A stretch of 64,000 nucleotides of DNA from Fibrobacter sp. (lineage in GTDB: Bacteria; Fibrobacterota; Fibrobacteria; Fibrobacterales; Fibrobacteraceae). This document shows, in pieces, positions 55,209-63,992 of this stretch. A program made the position numbers and the translations under genes. Location: NCBI RefSeq assembly GCF_045131395.1, contig NZ_JBGUQY010000024.1:86069-150068 (forward strand). The letters run 5' to 3'. Each line of letters opens with the position of its first letter. The first letter of the stretch is position 1. The notes beneath the pieces were generated by a model that saw only the letters and a program-made list of their open reading frames with translations, was not told the origin of the DNA and did no database searches.

Positions 55209-56924
55209 TTAGTTCTTCACGCAACGGACTCGGGCATCCGTTAGCGGTCTCTCTTTAACCAAATAACCATTGGTAGAAATTTCGACACCATAGTCGCCTG
55301 CAGGTCCAGAAACAAGACGATCAGCCAAAGCCTCTTGCTCTTCTTCTAAAAGGTACGGCCAAATTTCCACAATTTCTACATCGGCCAATCTATAACGATA
55401 AGTATTTTGCGTATACGAATGGTAATAGGCCTTCAAGTATACAGTATCCATCGGTGTAAAGCCGAAATCTAAATTATTGTAGAATACGTCAGTCATACCT
55501 TTTTGATAAGCAACATCCATATCCGACGTTTTCCACGTTTCATTAAACAGCTTTTTGACACCACCGGCATAATCAATCAAGTTTTTCCACTCTTCGGTAT
55601 TGGACACATGCCACCCATCTGGACAAATACCTTGATGAACAGAATCGATCAAATCATTTTTAACAACCATCCCCATGTATCTGTCCTCAATTTGCATAGC
55701 CTTCGTCCAGATATAGGCACCATCAGATTTGTATTTGAGGTCCTCCGCCATCCATTCATATTTTTTTCCTTTGTATTCAAAACTAACAGTCTTGTATTTG
55801 CGCCCATCACGAGAATCAGTCATGATTCCTATTTCGTGTTCAACATTCGCCATGAGAGAATCAAGGTGCTCTTTCGTTGTCAAGCGCCAATAATATCCAT
55901 TGCAAAGGAAATAACCCGATTGAAGGAATTCATCGCCATAACTTATCGGCTTATTGAATTCTCTGTATTCTCCCCAAAGTGCCTCGGTACAAGATTCTAA
56001 ACCCATGTAATGCTGAATCAGCTGCGCACTGAAATCGGACATTCGTTTCTCGGACATTATTTTAGTCCAAACATAGGCAATGCCAGCGAGGCCTTGCATA
56101 AGCGAATCGTCAAGAACTCCGTCATCTGCGAAATCATTGACAAATTCATCGACATAATCTTGCAGTTTGGAGCAATCAACATCATGTGCTACATCATCAT
56201 CCATATTAAAATTATCGCGCATTATTTCAATAATTTCATCAGAAGATGCAGAGTACCATGCATTCCAATTTGGATTTTCATCAATGATGCGACTAATGTA
56301 GTAGAGAGTTCTATCTGCATCAGATGTATTGTAAATATTCAAATCCTCTGCAGAGGGCGTTTCAATCTTGGCACCAAATGCACCAAGAACCTCTGTTGCA
56401 GCCCGTCTCTTAGCCTCAGCAAAAGACTCGCCCTCTTTGATTAAGTTCAAAACTCGTTTGTATTCGAAATGAGTCAAAAGGTTGACATTCACGGTTTCAC
56501 GTTTCTCCAAATTAGAAACCGCATCAAGGCGCATAGAGCATCTTGAAATTTCGCTATTGCTTTCGTGGTGATAGCGGCCTTCTACAGAAATAAGCACATA
56601 CTGACTTTCCAAATCTAGACTATCAAACTGAAATTCACCCTCGTCATTAAAAGTCTTAACAACGAACTTTCGACCTGTGGGTTCAAAACTTCCATCATCA
56701 GATGTTTCTCTGAGGGTTACAGTGGAACCTTTCACAAACGGGCCCTTCTGCGACACACCGGCAATTCTCTTATTCGAAATACCCACAATGCCAGCATCAC
56801 CCGACGCGCCACCGGAAATATCTTGATCAGAATTTGAGCAACCCGCAACAAAGACCGCCATCATTGCCATCAACGGGATATATACCAGCCCGCGCCTCAT
56901 CTTTTGACTCATGTTATTACTCAT
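55209..56924 (-). CDS. lipoprotein: shared N-module (type II) + one Fib_succ_major domain
   Basis: Lipobox FVAGCS. GVSQKGPFVKGSTVTLRETSDDGSFEPTGRKF...NVNLLTHFEYKRV. The C-terminus has DSRDGRKYKTV...WMAEDLKY...GICPDGWHVSNTEEW. Confidence 0.85.
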   Translation of the reverse strand: MSNNMSQKMRRGLVYIPLMAMMAVFVAGCSNSDQDISGGASGDAGIVGISNKRIAGVSQKGPFVKGSTVTLRETSDDGSFEPTGRKFVVKTFNDEGEFQFDSLDLESQYVLISVEGRYHHESNSEISRCSMRLDAVSNLEKRETVNVNLLTHFEYKRVLNLIKEGESFAEAKRRAATEVLGAFGAKIETPSAEDLNIYNTSDADRTLYYISRIIDENPNWNAWYSASSDEIIEIMRDNFNMDDDVAHDVDCSKLQDYVDEFVNDFADDGVLDDSLMQGLAGIAYVWTKIMSEKRMSDFSAQLIQHYMGLESCTEALWGEYREFNKPISYGDEFLQSGYFLCNGYYWRLTTKEHLDSLMANVEHEIGIMTDSRDGRKYKTVSFEYKGKKYEWMAEDLKYKSDGAYIWTKAMQIEDRYMGMVVKNDLIDSVHQGICPDGWHVSNTEEWKNLIDYAGGVKKLFNETWKTSDMDVAYQKGMTDVFYNNLDFGFTPMDTVYLKAYYHSYTQNTYRYRLADVEIVEIWPYLLEEEQEALADRLVSGPAGDYGVEISTNGYLVKERPLTDARVRCVKN

Positions 56925-56949
56925 TGTTCAACTCCTTGTTTAAACCATT

Positions 56950-57771
56950 TTATTTTTTCAAACGTTCGCTCATGGGGAACAGCTGCACGTTCAGGCGATA
57001 AACCTGTTCCGTTTCATCATCTTCTGTCGCAATCGCCACCACGCGGCGGTAATAATCTTCCGTCTCTTTTTTGATGCGCTCGTACGCGCGGCGCGTTAGG
57101 CCAAGCGTGTAACCCGACATGACTCGTTCCGAAATCGGCAAGTCAATGGACTTGAGGGCGAATTCGCCCATCTGGCGCTGCAAATCGCGAGCCGCCAGCG
57201 GCACCGCCTCTACCGGGGCCATTTTAATCGCCTTGTCCGTTTGGCGGTAATTTCCGTCGCGGTCCTTCTTCAAGAGCTTCGCCTTCACCAAAAAGTCAAG
57301 AGTCTCGGAAACTTCCGCCGCCGAAATTTTAGGCTTGCAGGCATGGGCAATTTCAAGAGGCTTTGCGCCCGGCATGTGCGGGGCCAGTTCGCGGATTACA
57401 GAATTTTTCCACGACTTGAAATACTTGAATTCCTCGTTTCCGAGGATGCGCACCTTGTGGGCGTTCGCCAGCGCGCAGCGTTCCTCGAAAGCGGCCTTCT
57501 TCGCCTCGTTGCTCTTTGCATGCGCATAAGAAACCATCAAGACAAAGTATTCGTGTTCGAAACCGACAAGCCCCATGGCAGTAGCCACCGAACCCGCCGA
57601 CCCGACGCTCAAATTCTTTTTCCCTTCGCAGACATACTTCAAGTAGACATCCGACGAAAAGCCCGCCTTTTGGGCGAAAGCGTGCCAGGAGAAAGCCGAG
57701 CAGCGCTTGCGTTCATCGTAATAGTCCTGAATGAACTTGCGATAATCAGTGTATTCTACTATTTCCTTCAT
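56950..57771 (-). CDS. TIGR02147/DUF4423-family HTH protein (cassette B)
   Basis: MKEIVEYTDYRKFIQDYYDERKRCSAFSWHAFAQKAGFSSDVYLKYVCEGKKNLS. Confidence 0.85.
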   Translation of the reverse strand: MKEIVEYTDYRKFIQDYYDERKRCSAFSWHAFAQKAGFSSDVYLKYVCEGKKNLSVGSAGSVATAMGLVGFEHEYFVLMVSYAHAKSNEAKKAAFEERCALANAHKVRILGNEEFKYFKSWKNSVIRELAPHMPGAKPLEIAHACKPKISAAEVSETLDFLVKAKLLKKDRDGNYRQTDKAIKMAPVEAVPLAARDLQRQMGEFALKSIDLPISERVMSGYTLGLTRRAYERIKKETEDYYRRVVAIATEDDETEQVYRLNVQLFPMSERLKK

Positions 57772-57776
57772 GTCTA

Positions 57777-57784
57777 CAAATATA
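57777..57784 (-). promoter_or_regulatory. candidate -7 box TATATTTG, 5 nt from the ATG
   Basis: The minus strand reads TATATTTG-TAGAC-ATG. Confidence 0.4.
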
Positions 57785-57871
57785 GATTCATCTAGTCCAT
57801 TTAGAACATAAAATTTGCGTTTTTAAGCAAATTTTACCACTTTTCAGCATTTTACTAAAATTTCAACATTC

Positions 57872-57901
57872 TAGAACATGGTCAGCATATTCCTAGAACA
57901 T
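57872..57901. promoter_or_regulatory. cassette-B-specific word TAGAACAT x2 (22-bp spacing)
   Basis: Copies at 57872-57879 and 57894-57901, plus a proximal copy at 57802-57809. Confidence 0.35.
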
Positions 57902-57936
57902 GAAAGCAACGGAGCCGAACGGTCTCACAAGAAAGA

Positions 57937-57958
57937 CCTCGCTAGCGTCCTAGCGAGG
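57937..57958 (-). terminator. terminator hairpin after gene 58037..59572
   Basis: CCTCGCTAG(CGTC)CTAGCGAGG, followed on the minus strand by TCTTTCTT. Confidence 0.5.
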
Positions 57959-58036
57959 CTTCTCTCCTAACCGTCCCCTTGCCCGACTCCATCGGGCCCA
58001 AACGAGGGGACTCAAATGTATTTTACCATGCCAGTC

Positions 58037-59572
58037 CTAGTTCTTCACGCAGCGGACAGGATAATACAAATCCCGGTGGAACACACGATTCGAATTCCAA
58101 TTCCAGACATTTTCCACGACGAAACCTAGATCATCTACCAAGTCGAGCGTGAAATTGTATTCAAAATCAACATAAAAGCGACTACTTTTATCTAGCGACT
58201 TTTTCGCACCCGAATCCGTATACTGCAAATAAACAAATAATTCACGAGTTTCATAGTCATCCCTCATCGCATCCCACAAAGACCTCCATTCTTCAACATA
58301 GGGAAGATGCCATCCATCCGGGCAAATGCCTTGGATAAATTCACTAAACAACATCTGGTTATGGATATCCGCCTCCAAGCCCACGTAGCTAAACTTTTCA
58401 TCAGCAGGATAATCAAACACCTGATAACCGTAGTACTCGCGTCCCACCCCGGGAACATTGCGGGCATCGGCCTTAAAACTGTTCTTGGGTTCATATTCCA
58501 AAAGGCTCGCCATCCAAGTCGCAATTCTACCGTTCTCCATTTTGACATCTAAAGTCTTATAGACATGGCCATCTCGTTCATCAACCAAGGCGCCATATTT
58601 GCCTGCAGTATCCACAGGTTCATCACCTTCGTCTCTGGCCCCATGGTAATATTTCCACACACCATCGCGACAAATTACGCGACTATAAAGGCTATCATTA
58701 AACCGGGTCGTTCTCCAGACTTCATCCTGATTGAGGCAGTGTTCCCAGGTAGAATCCCAAGGAGATGCGAACTGCTTCAAATATTTCTGGAAATCGGGAA
58801 TTTCTGTTGCGCCCATATTCTTTAAATTTTGCAAGACCCCTTTGTATACGCCATCATGATTGTCCATCGAGACAAAGCGCTTTATCTGGGCAATCAAAAC
58901 GCTGTCATCCCAAATACCGTCTTCTTCTAGATCCATCGCAATAGAAGCCAAACGGCTAGTGACCTCGCCAACATTGGCGGCCGTAAGCATCATCAAAGAG
59001 ATTGCAAGCAATTTAGCATCACTTTCGCCATTGTTCAAAATATCAAGATCTTCAAAGGACTCTTCCGATTCAGAGAAACCAAACGCTTCCAACACTTCCT
59101 TTTCAGCTTGACGCTTCGCCTTATCGACAGGATTTCCATTTTTGACAAGGTAACGAATTCGATTGAAGGACAAATGAGTCAGAATATTAATATTGACATG
59201 ATCCCGGTCCTGTAAATCAACAAGACTGTTCAACGATATTTTTTGAGCAGAGGTGTCACCCGTTATTTCATCGATATAGTAGCCGTTCGCCACAAGCCAA
59301 GCGTAACGATTTTCCAAATTAATTTTTTTCAGGGTGTATTCACCACTATTGTTGTCTATTTCCGTGGAAAAATGCGTTCCCGTCTGAATCAGTCCCTCAT
59401 CCATTCCATAAAGGGTTACTTCAGTTCCCTTTACGAAAGGCCCCTTCTGCGACGTTCCGTAAATAGTTCTGCTTCCTTCCGACAATGCGGAACTTGAATC
59501 GTTCTGACTGCACGCCGCAAGGAACATTCCTAGAACAAACAAAACGCTAATTTGTTTATATCCCTTAAACAT
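58037..59572 (-). CDS. lipoprotein: shared N-module (type I) + one Fib_succ_major domain
   Basis: Lipobox FLAACS. GTSQKGPFVKGT...NINILTHLSFNRIRYLV. The C-terminus has DERDGHVYKTL...GICPDGWHLPYVEEW. Confidence 0.85.
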   Translation of the reverse strand: MFKGYKQISVLFVLGMFLAACSQNDSSSALSEGSRTIYGTSQKGPFVKGTEVTLYGMDEGLIQTGTHFSTEIDNNSGEYTLKKINLENRYAWLVANGYYIDEITGDTSAQKISLNSLVDLQDRDHVNINILTHLSFNRIRYLVKNGNPVDKAKRQAEKEVLEAFGFSESEESFEDLDILNNGESDAKLLAISLMMLTAANVGEVTSRLASIAMDLEEDGIWDDSVLIAQIKRFVSMDNHDGVYKGVLQNLKNMGATEIPDFQKYLKQFASPWDSTWEHCLNQDEVWRTTRFNDSLYSRVICRDGVWKYYHGARDEGDEPVDTAGKYGALVDERDGHVYKTLDVKMENGRIATWMASLLEYEPKNSFKADARNVPGVGREYYGYQVFDYPADEKFSYVGLEADIHNQMLFSEFIQGICPDGWHLPYVEEWRSLWDAMRDDYETRELFVYLQYTDSGAKKSLDKSSRFYVDFEYNFTLDLVDDLGFVVENVWNWNSNRVFHRDLYYPVRCVKN

Positions 59573-59573
59573 A

Positions 59574-60404
59574 TTAATCCTCCATAAACCAGCCTTTTAA
59601 AACAGAATGCAGCATCTGTGAATCAAACCGTTCATAGTCATCCCCCGCAAGGATGTCAACAAAATTGTCTAGATAATTCTGAACTTCTTCACAGTATTTT
59701 TCGGGTTCCTCTTCATACTGTGTATAATAAGTTTTATGGTCTCTAGAATGCCAATGAACAGTTCCATACTCCTCACCGAAGAGGATATGGTCAACAAAGG
59801 TGCTGATTTTTTTCAGAGCCTTGTCGGCATCCCCGCTATTGTTGATATTCAGATTTTCAGAATCTTCCGCCAAATCATCGTAGTAGAACGCCTTCATCAA
59901 TTCTTGACGGGCCTGTTTCTTGGCTTCTGTAAAGGTCTTTCCTTTCTTTATCAAAGCAAGCGTGCGATCGTATTCCAGATGCGTCAGCACATTCACATTA
60001 ATTTGCTCTCGATTGTTAATATCAGACAAAGCCCTCAGACTGACTTGGCACACTGAATTTTCAGCCGTCGTTTCTCTTTTATAGTAACCAGTAGCTTCAA
60101 GCCTTACATATTGACATTCCAAATTGAGGCCATCAATCTTGAAATCACCCTTATCGCTACGGGTTGTTGCAAAGAATTCCCTGCCCGTGGGTTCGAAGTT
60201 TCCTTCTGCTGAGGTTTCCCGGAGGACAATACTGGATCCCGTTACAAAAGGTCCCTTCTGCACCACACCGGCAAGTTCCTTATCTACAATAGCAACAATG
60301 CCTTCGGACTCTTCGCTGGTACCCGCGGTATTGCTTTCTAAACAAGCACTAAGCATCGTCCCCAAGGAGCATGCACACAAAATCCAATTCAAACGCCTAA
60401 ACAT
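59574..60404 (-). CDS. lipoprotein: shared N-module (type II) only, no C-terminal domain
   Basis: ATG at 60404 gives MFRRLNWILCACSLGTMLSAC. GVVQKGPFVTGSSIVLRETSAEGNFEPTGREF...NVNVLTHLEYDRT. Its stop is 1 nt before the next ATG. Confidence 0.8.
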   Translation of the reverse strand: MFRRLNWILCACSLGTMLSACLESNTAGTSEESEGIVAIVDKELAGVVQKGPFVTGSSIVLRETSAEGNFEPTGREFFATTRSDKGDFKIDGLNLECQYVRLEATGYYKRETTAENSVCQVSLRALSDINNREQINVNVLTHLEYDRTLALIKKGKTFTEAKKQARQELMKAFYYDDLAEDSENLNINNSGDADKALKKISTFVDHILFGEEYGTVHWHSRDHKTYYTQYEEEPEKYCEEVQNYLDNFVDILAGDDYERFDSQMLHSVLKGWFMED

Positions 60405-61257
60405 TTTCACCCCCATTGTTCTCATCCCGGCCGCCATTCAAATTGTCTGTCAGCGGGAACAGTTGCATATTCAATCGATAAACCTTTTCTACGTTCTTGT
60501 CTGCCGAGACAATCGACACGATGCGCTTGCGGCATTCTATAAGTTCTTCAATGACCTTCTCGTAGCTTTCGGCAGTCATACCCATGGTAACGCCGCTAAA
60601 GTGACGTTCCGAAATAGGCACGTCGTCTAAAGACTCTAGCGCAAATTCGCCCATCTGGCGTAGCAGGGAATGAACCGCCACCGAAACCACCTTCAGGCGA
60701 CCAGTGGAAAGAGAATGGTTCGTCTGATGATACAAGCCCTTGATATCCTTTGTCAAGAAACCCGCACTGGTCAGAAAGCGAAGACTGTTGCTCACATCGG
60801 CTGCAGAAATAGGGAAACGGCAGGCTTTCGCGATTTCGTGCGGTTTTGCCCCGGGCATAGCCACAGCCAATTCACGGACCACGGAATGTTTCCACGTTTC
60901 ATAGAAGGTGTACATTTCGCTGCCCAAAATTTTCACATGGTGTGCCGAACTCAATGCTTCCATTTCTTCGAAGCATTTTTTCTTTTCGCGGTCTGTTTTT
61001 GCGTTTTCGTATCGAACCATCAAAACGAAGTAGTCGAACTCAAACCCCAGCAACCCCATCGCCAGGGCAGTCTTCTTTGCTCCTTCCTCCCGAAGCCTTG
61101 TTTTGCCATCGCAAACCAGCTTCAAGTATGAACCCGATGCGAAACCAGCAATCTTTGCAAACTCGCGCCAGGTAAACGCCGACGTGCGCTTGCGTTCGCG
61201 GTAGTAGTCAAGTACGTACTCGCGATAATCTTTGTATTCAATAACTGATTTCATCAT
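60397..61257 (-). CDS. TIGR02147/DUF4423-family HTH protein (cassette C)
   Basis: MMKSVIEYKDYREYVLDYYRERKRTSAFTWREFAKIAGFASGSYLKLVCDGKTRL. 8-nt overlap with the next gene. Confidence 0.85.
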   Translation of the reverse strand: MMKSVIEYKDYREYVLDYYRERKRTSAFTWREFAKIAGFASGSYLKLVCDGKTRLREEGAKKTALAMGLLGFEFDYFVLMVRYENAKTDREKKKCFEEMEALSSAHHVKILGSEMYTFYETWKHSVVRELAVAMPGAKPHEIAKACRFPISAADVSNSLRFLTSAGFLTKDIKGLYHQTNHSLSTGRLKVVSVAVHSLLRQMGEFALESLDDVPISERHFSGVTMGMTAESYEKVIEELIECRKRIVSIVSADKNVEKVYRLNMQLFPLTDNLNGGRDENNGGENV

Positions 61258-61370
61258 GACAATAAAATAGATAATCCCATCTATTCATGCAACAATTTTT
61301 AAAAAACAAAAATGTCGTTTTTAAGCAAATTTAAGCACTTTTTGTTTTACGCTAAAGAAATTTCAATTTC

Positions 61371-61402
61371 ATAAAACAAAATACGGAATATATAAAACAA
61401 AA
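61371..61402. promoter_or_regulatory. cassette-C-specific word ATAAAACAAAA x2 (21-bp spacing)
   Basis: Copies at 61371-61381 and 61392-61402. Inverted TTTGTTTTA at 61341-61349. A-rich variant at 61301-61312. Confidence 0.35.
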
Positions 61403-61403
61403 A

Positions 61404-61424
61404 GGGCTAGGTTTTTCCTAGCCC
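61404..61424 (-). terminator. rho-independent terminator after the GLUG-protein gene
   Basis: GGGCTAGG(TTTTT)CCTAGCCC, followed on the minus strand by a T-run. Confidence 0.6.
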
Positions 61425-61443
61425 TTCCTGCCCTTAAAACAAG

Positions 61444-63936
61444 TTAAATGCCTTTCAAAACGACCTTCCTGTAGACAGAGGAATGCCCGTCCTGAACACG
61501 GACAACATAGATCCCGCTCTTCAATCCGTTCAACGGGACATTTGAACTTGCGAGCCCCCTCTTGACGACTTCACCTTTTAAGTTCACTATCTGGAATTTT
61601 GCCTGAGCGCTTGTTCCATAAAAATGGAGACTCTTCCCTGAAACAACCATTCTCACATCGAGAGGCTTGTCCAAGACCGGCGCCGCAGCCCGTTCCTCTT
61701 CTTCATACTGTTCACAAGACATCCAATTATTATTGTAGCATTGATCAAATTCAGGCTCCTTTACCGTTTTCGCGTCACCCTTGCAAGTTCCCCTGGGACC
61801 GAATTCAAACAGCCGAAGGGTTCCTTCAACCGCAACGGAATCGACAATATCAAGATAAATATTCTTATCATAATTACAGGGCTTGACTTCATCTGTATCA
61901 CTTGGATTATAATATTTAAAATTTCCAAGCGACGTTTCAACCGTAGAAACTTTGCTTGTCTTAGGCAAAACGGCGCTACAGAACCCAACACGGATCACGA
62001 TATCATGGTCAGACATATAGGTTGTGCAGAACCCTTTCGCCTTGGACACGACCGAATCCCGACCTATTGCTTCGTCTCCCTTATCTAGATGAATAGTGAT
62101 TTCCATATGTTTTTTTGCCAAGTCTTTTTTAATTCGATACTTGTAACCTAAATAGCCTAGGCTATCCATCGTTTCCCTGAAAGAAGGGTAGGGCGTCCGC
62201 ACAACAGCCGCACTGCCAAGAGAAACACGGGGTTCCTCCGACGTTTCGCAAAACGATCCCGTTATAGACTGACATGCTTTATACTTATACGGAGTATAAT
62301 TTATCCCATCAAACCATAAGTCCTTGTTCGCTATTCGGGTTTGAATGACGGTGCCACTATTAAAGCCCGCAATCTTATTCACTTCAGTCACTTCATCGCC
62401 ATTATAGACGTTTTCAAAGAAACACTCACTAATAGTCCCATCGTTACTACCGGCCAAAGCCGCATCATGACGAAATTTAGCGTCCGAATTGAAATAAGAA
62501 TCCTTTATAATGAGATTCTTGACGACCCCAGTCGATTCAATCGATTCAAACAACCCAACAGACTTATAGCTCGCAATATGAACCCGATCTTTTGTCGTAT
62601 ACAACCCGGAAATAGAATGGAACTGTCCATCCAGGGTTCCAGCGAAAGCTACGGGAGAATCCCAGGAAAAAAATTTGCACTCGGTCCCATTCTTTAGGCA
62701 TTCATCAGAAGTAACATTCCTGTTGAACACCAGGTCCTTGAGAAGAACCGCTTTCAAGGTCTTATCTCCAGGAGAAACCCTTGCGAACCATACAAGCTGT
62801 TCCTCATTTTCGATCTGGTACACGCCATTCTTGATTTTAGGAGCATAATCCCTTAATACGGGATGCTTTTCCCCCTGCTCCCAGATATCTACAAAATAAC
62901 CATCATTGTTGAGCAAATCGACAATGGTTCCATCCGTAAAGGCAGACTCATCAACAATGGTTCCATAATTCGGATATTCAACGTACCCGTCAGGTTTTTC
63001 ATTGACCGCAATGCTGTAGGAATTCCTTATTTGCAGATCAGCCGTATCTATGATATTAGTAAACCCGCTTTGATACCATCCTTGAACCTGCCCCACGTTG
63101 AAACTGTTTTCTATAACAATGTTGAAAAAAGACGTTCCGACTAGTCCGCCCACCGAACCGCCTTTCACAGATCCTGTATTGTAACATTGATATATAGCTC
63201 CATTAGTAGAGCGGATTCCACCCCCAGTTTTTTCGCTATAGACAGTTCCCGTATTGTAACATTGTTCCGCCATCACAAGACCAATTCCAGCAACTTCATC
63301 TTCTCCCCAAACATAGCCATCGTTATGGCAACGAAACGCGTCATCAGCGCTTCCCGCGATTCCACCAACCACTTCCGATCCAACAACCACACCAGAAAAT
63401 GAACTGTTGTATATGTTTCCCCCTCTTCCAGATATACCACCGACGTGACGGCCTCCCTTGATGTATGAATCGGCAATATTCAGGTTTTTGATGATTCCAC
63501 CCCCATATGAAACATATCCAAAAAAGCCCGCCGGATAGGAAAAAGCGTCTACGTAAAGTCCACTTACCGTATGCCCCTGCCCATCAAAGATGCCATGAAA
63601 CCGCGTACTTTCGGAGCCAATAGGATTCCATTTTTGAAGAGAGCATGTTCCGCCATCTTTTGCACACTTGAGAGTTGGGGGGACGTCATCCTCTTCTCCA
63701 AATTCAACTTCGTCCATCACGTTCTTGTTGATTGTAATATCGTTTTCAAGTTTTGCACAGGTAATCTGGTCCAATTTTTTTTCCTCACCAGAATTCACCT
63801 GTTTTGCAAAGCCATAAAGTTCTTCAACCGTTGAAATCGAGTAGCATCCGTCCGCATCCTTTGGGGGAACGGTTGGCGAAATTGCCGACACAGCGTAAGT
63901 AGCAAACAGCAGCCCCAATAAAACTGAACCCTTCAT
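61444..63936 (-). CDS. secreted GLUG-motif repeat protein with T9SS-type C-terminal sorting domain
   Basis: Signal peptide from the ATG at 63936. Two F.G.(F/L)DGQGH.(V/I)SGLY modules followed by GG(I/L).G repeats. The C-terminus GIYVVRVQDGHSSVYRKVVLKGI resembles Por/T9SS CTDs. Confidence 0.75.
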   Translation of the reverse strand: MKGSVLLGLLFATYAVSAISPTVPPKDADGCYSISTVEELYGFAKQVNSGEEKKLDQITCAKLENDITINKNVMDEVEFGEEDDVPPTLKCAKDGGTCSLQKWNPIGSESTRFHGIFDGQGHTVSGLYVDAFSYPAGFFGYVSYGGGIIKNLNIADSYIKGGRHVGGISGRGGNIYNSSFSGVVVGSEVVGGIAGSADDAFRCHNDGYVWGEDEVAGIGLVMAEQCYNTGTVYSEKTGGGIRSTNGAIYQCYNTGSVKGGSVGGLVGTSFFNIVIENSFNVGQVQGWYQSGFTNIIDTADLQIRNSYSIAVNEKPDGYVEYPNYGTIVDESAFTDGTIVDLLNNDGYFVDIWEQGEKHPVLRDYAPKIKNGVYQIENEEQLVWFARVSPGDKTLKAVLLKDLVFNRNVTSDECLKNGTECKFFSWDSPVAFAGTLDGQFHSISGLYTTKDRVHIASYKSVGLFESIESTGVVKNLIIKDSYFNSDAKFRHDAALAGSNDGTISECFFENVYNGDEVTEVNKIAGFNSGTVIQTRIANKDLWFDGINYTPYKYKACQSITGSFCETSEEPRVSLGSAAVVRTPYPSFRETMDSLGYLGYKYRIKKDLAKKHMEITIHLDKGDEAIGRDSVVSKAKGFCTTYMSDHDIVIRVGFCSAVLPKTSKVSTVETSLGNFKYYNPSDTDEVKPCNYDKNIYLDIVDSVAVEGTLRLFEFGPRGTCKGDAKTVKEPEFDQCYNNNWMSCEQYEEEERAAAPVLDKPLDVRMVVSGKSLHFYGTSAQAKFQIVNLKGEVVKRGLASSNVPLNGLKSGIYVVRVQDGHSSVYRKVVLKGI

Positions 63937-63984
63937 AAAACCTCCACAAATCCATTTAGATTTATTTATCCAAAATAATCTATG

Positions 63985-63992
63985 CAAATATA
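63985..63992 (-). promoter_or_regulatory. candidate -7 box TATATTTG
   Basis: Exact TATATTTG on the minus strand, ~50 nt upstream of the ATG at 63936. GGAGG lies 4 nt before the ATG. Confidence 0.4.

Noticed and set aside
46895-61443. Classical tRNA-linked genomic island downstream of tRNA-His
   Set aside because: No integrase gene and no duplicated tRNA 3' end were seen. The 30-bp repeat lies outside the tRNA. The cassettes belong to families that appear native to this lineage.
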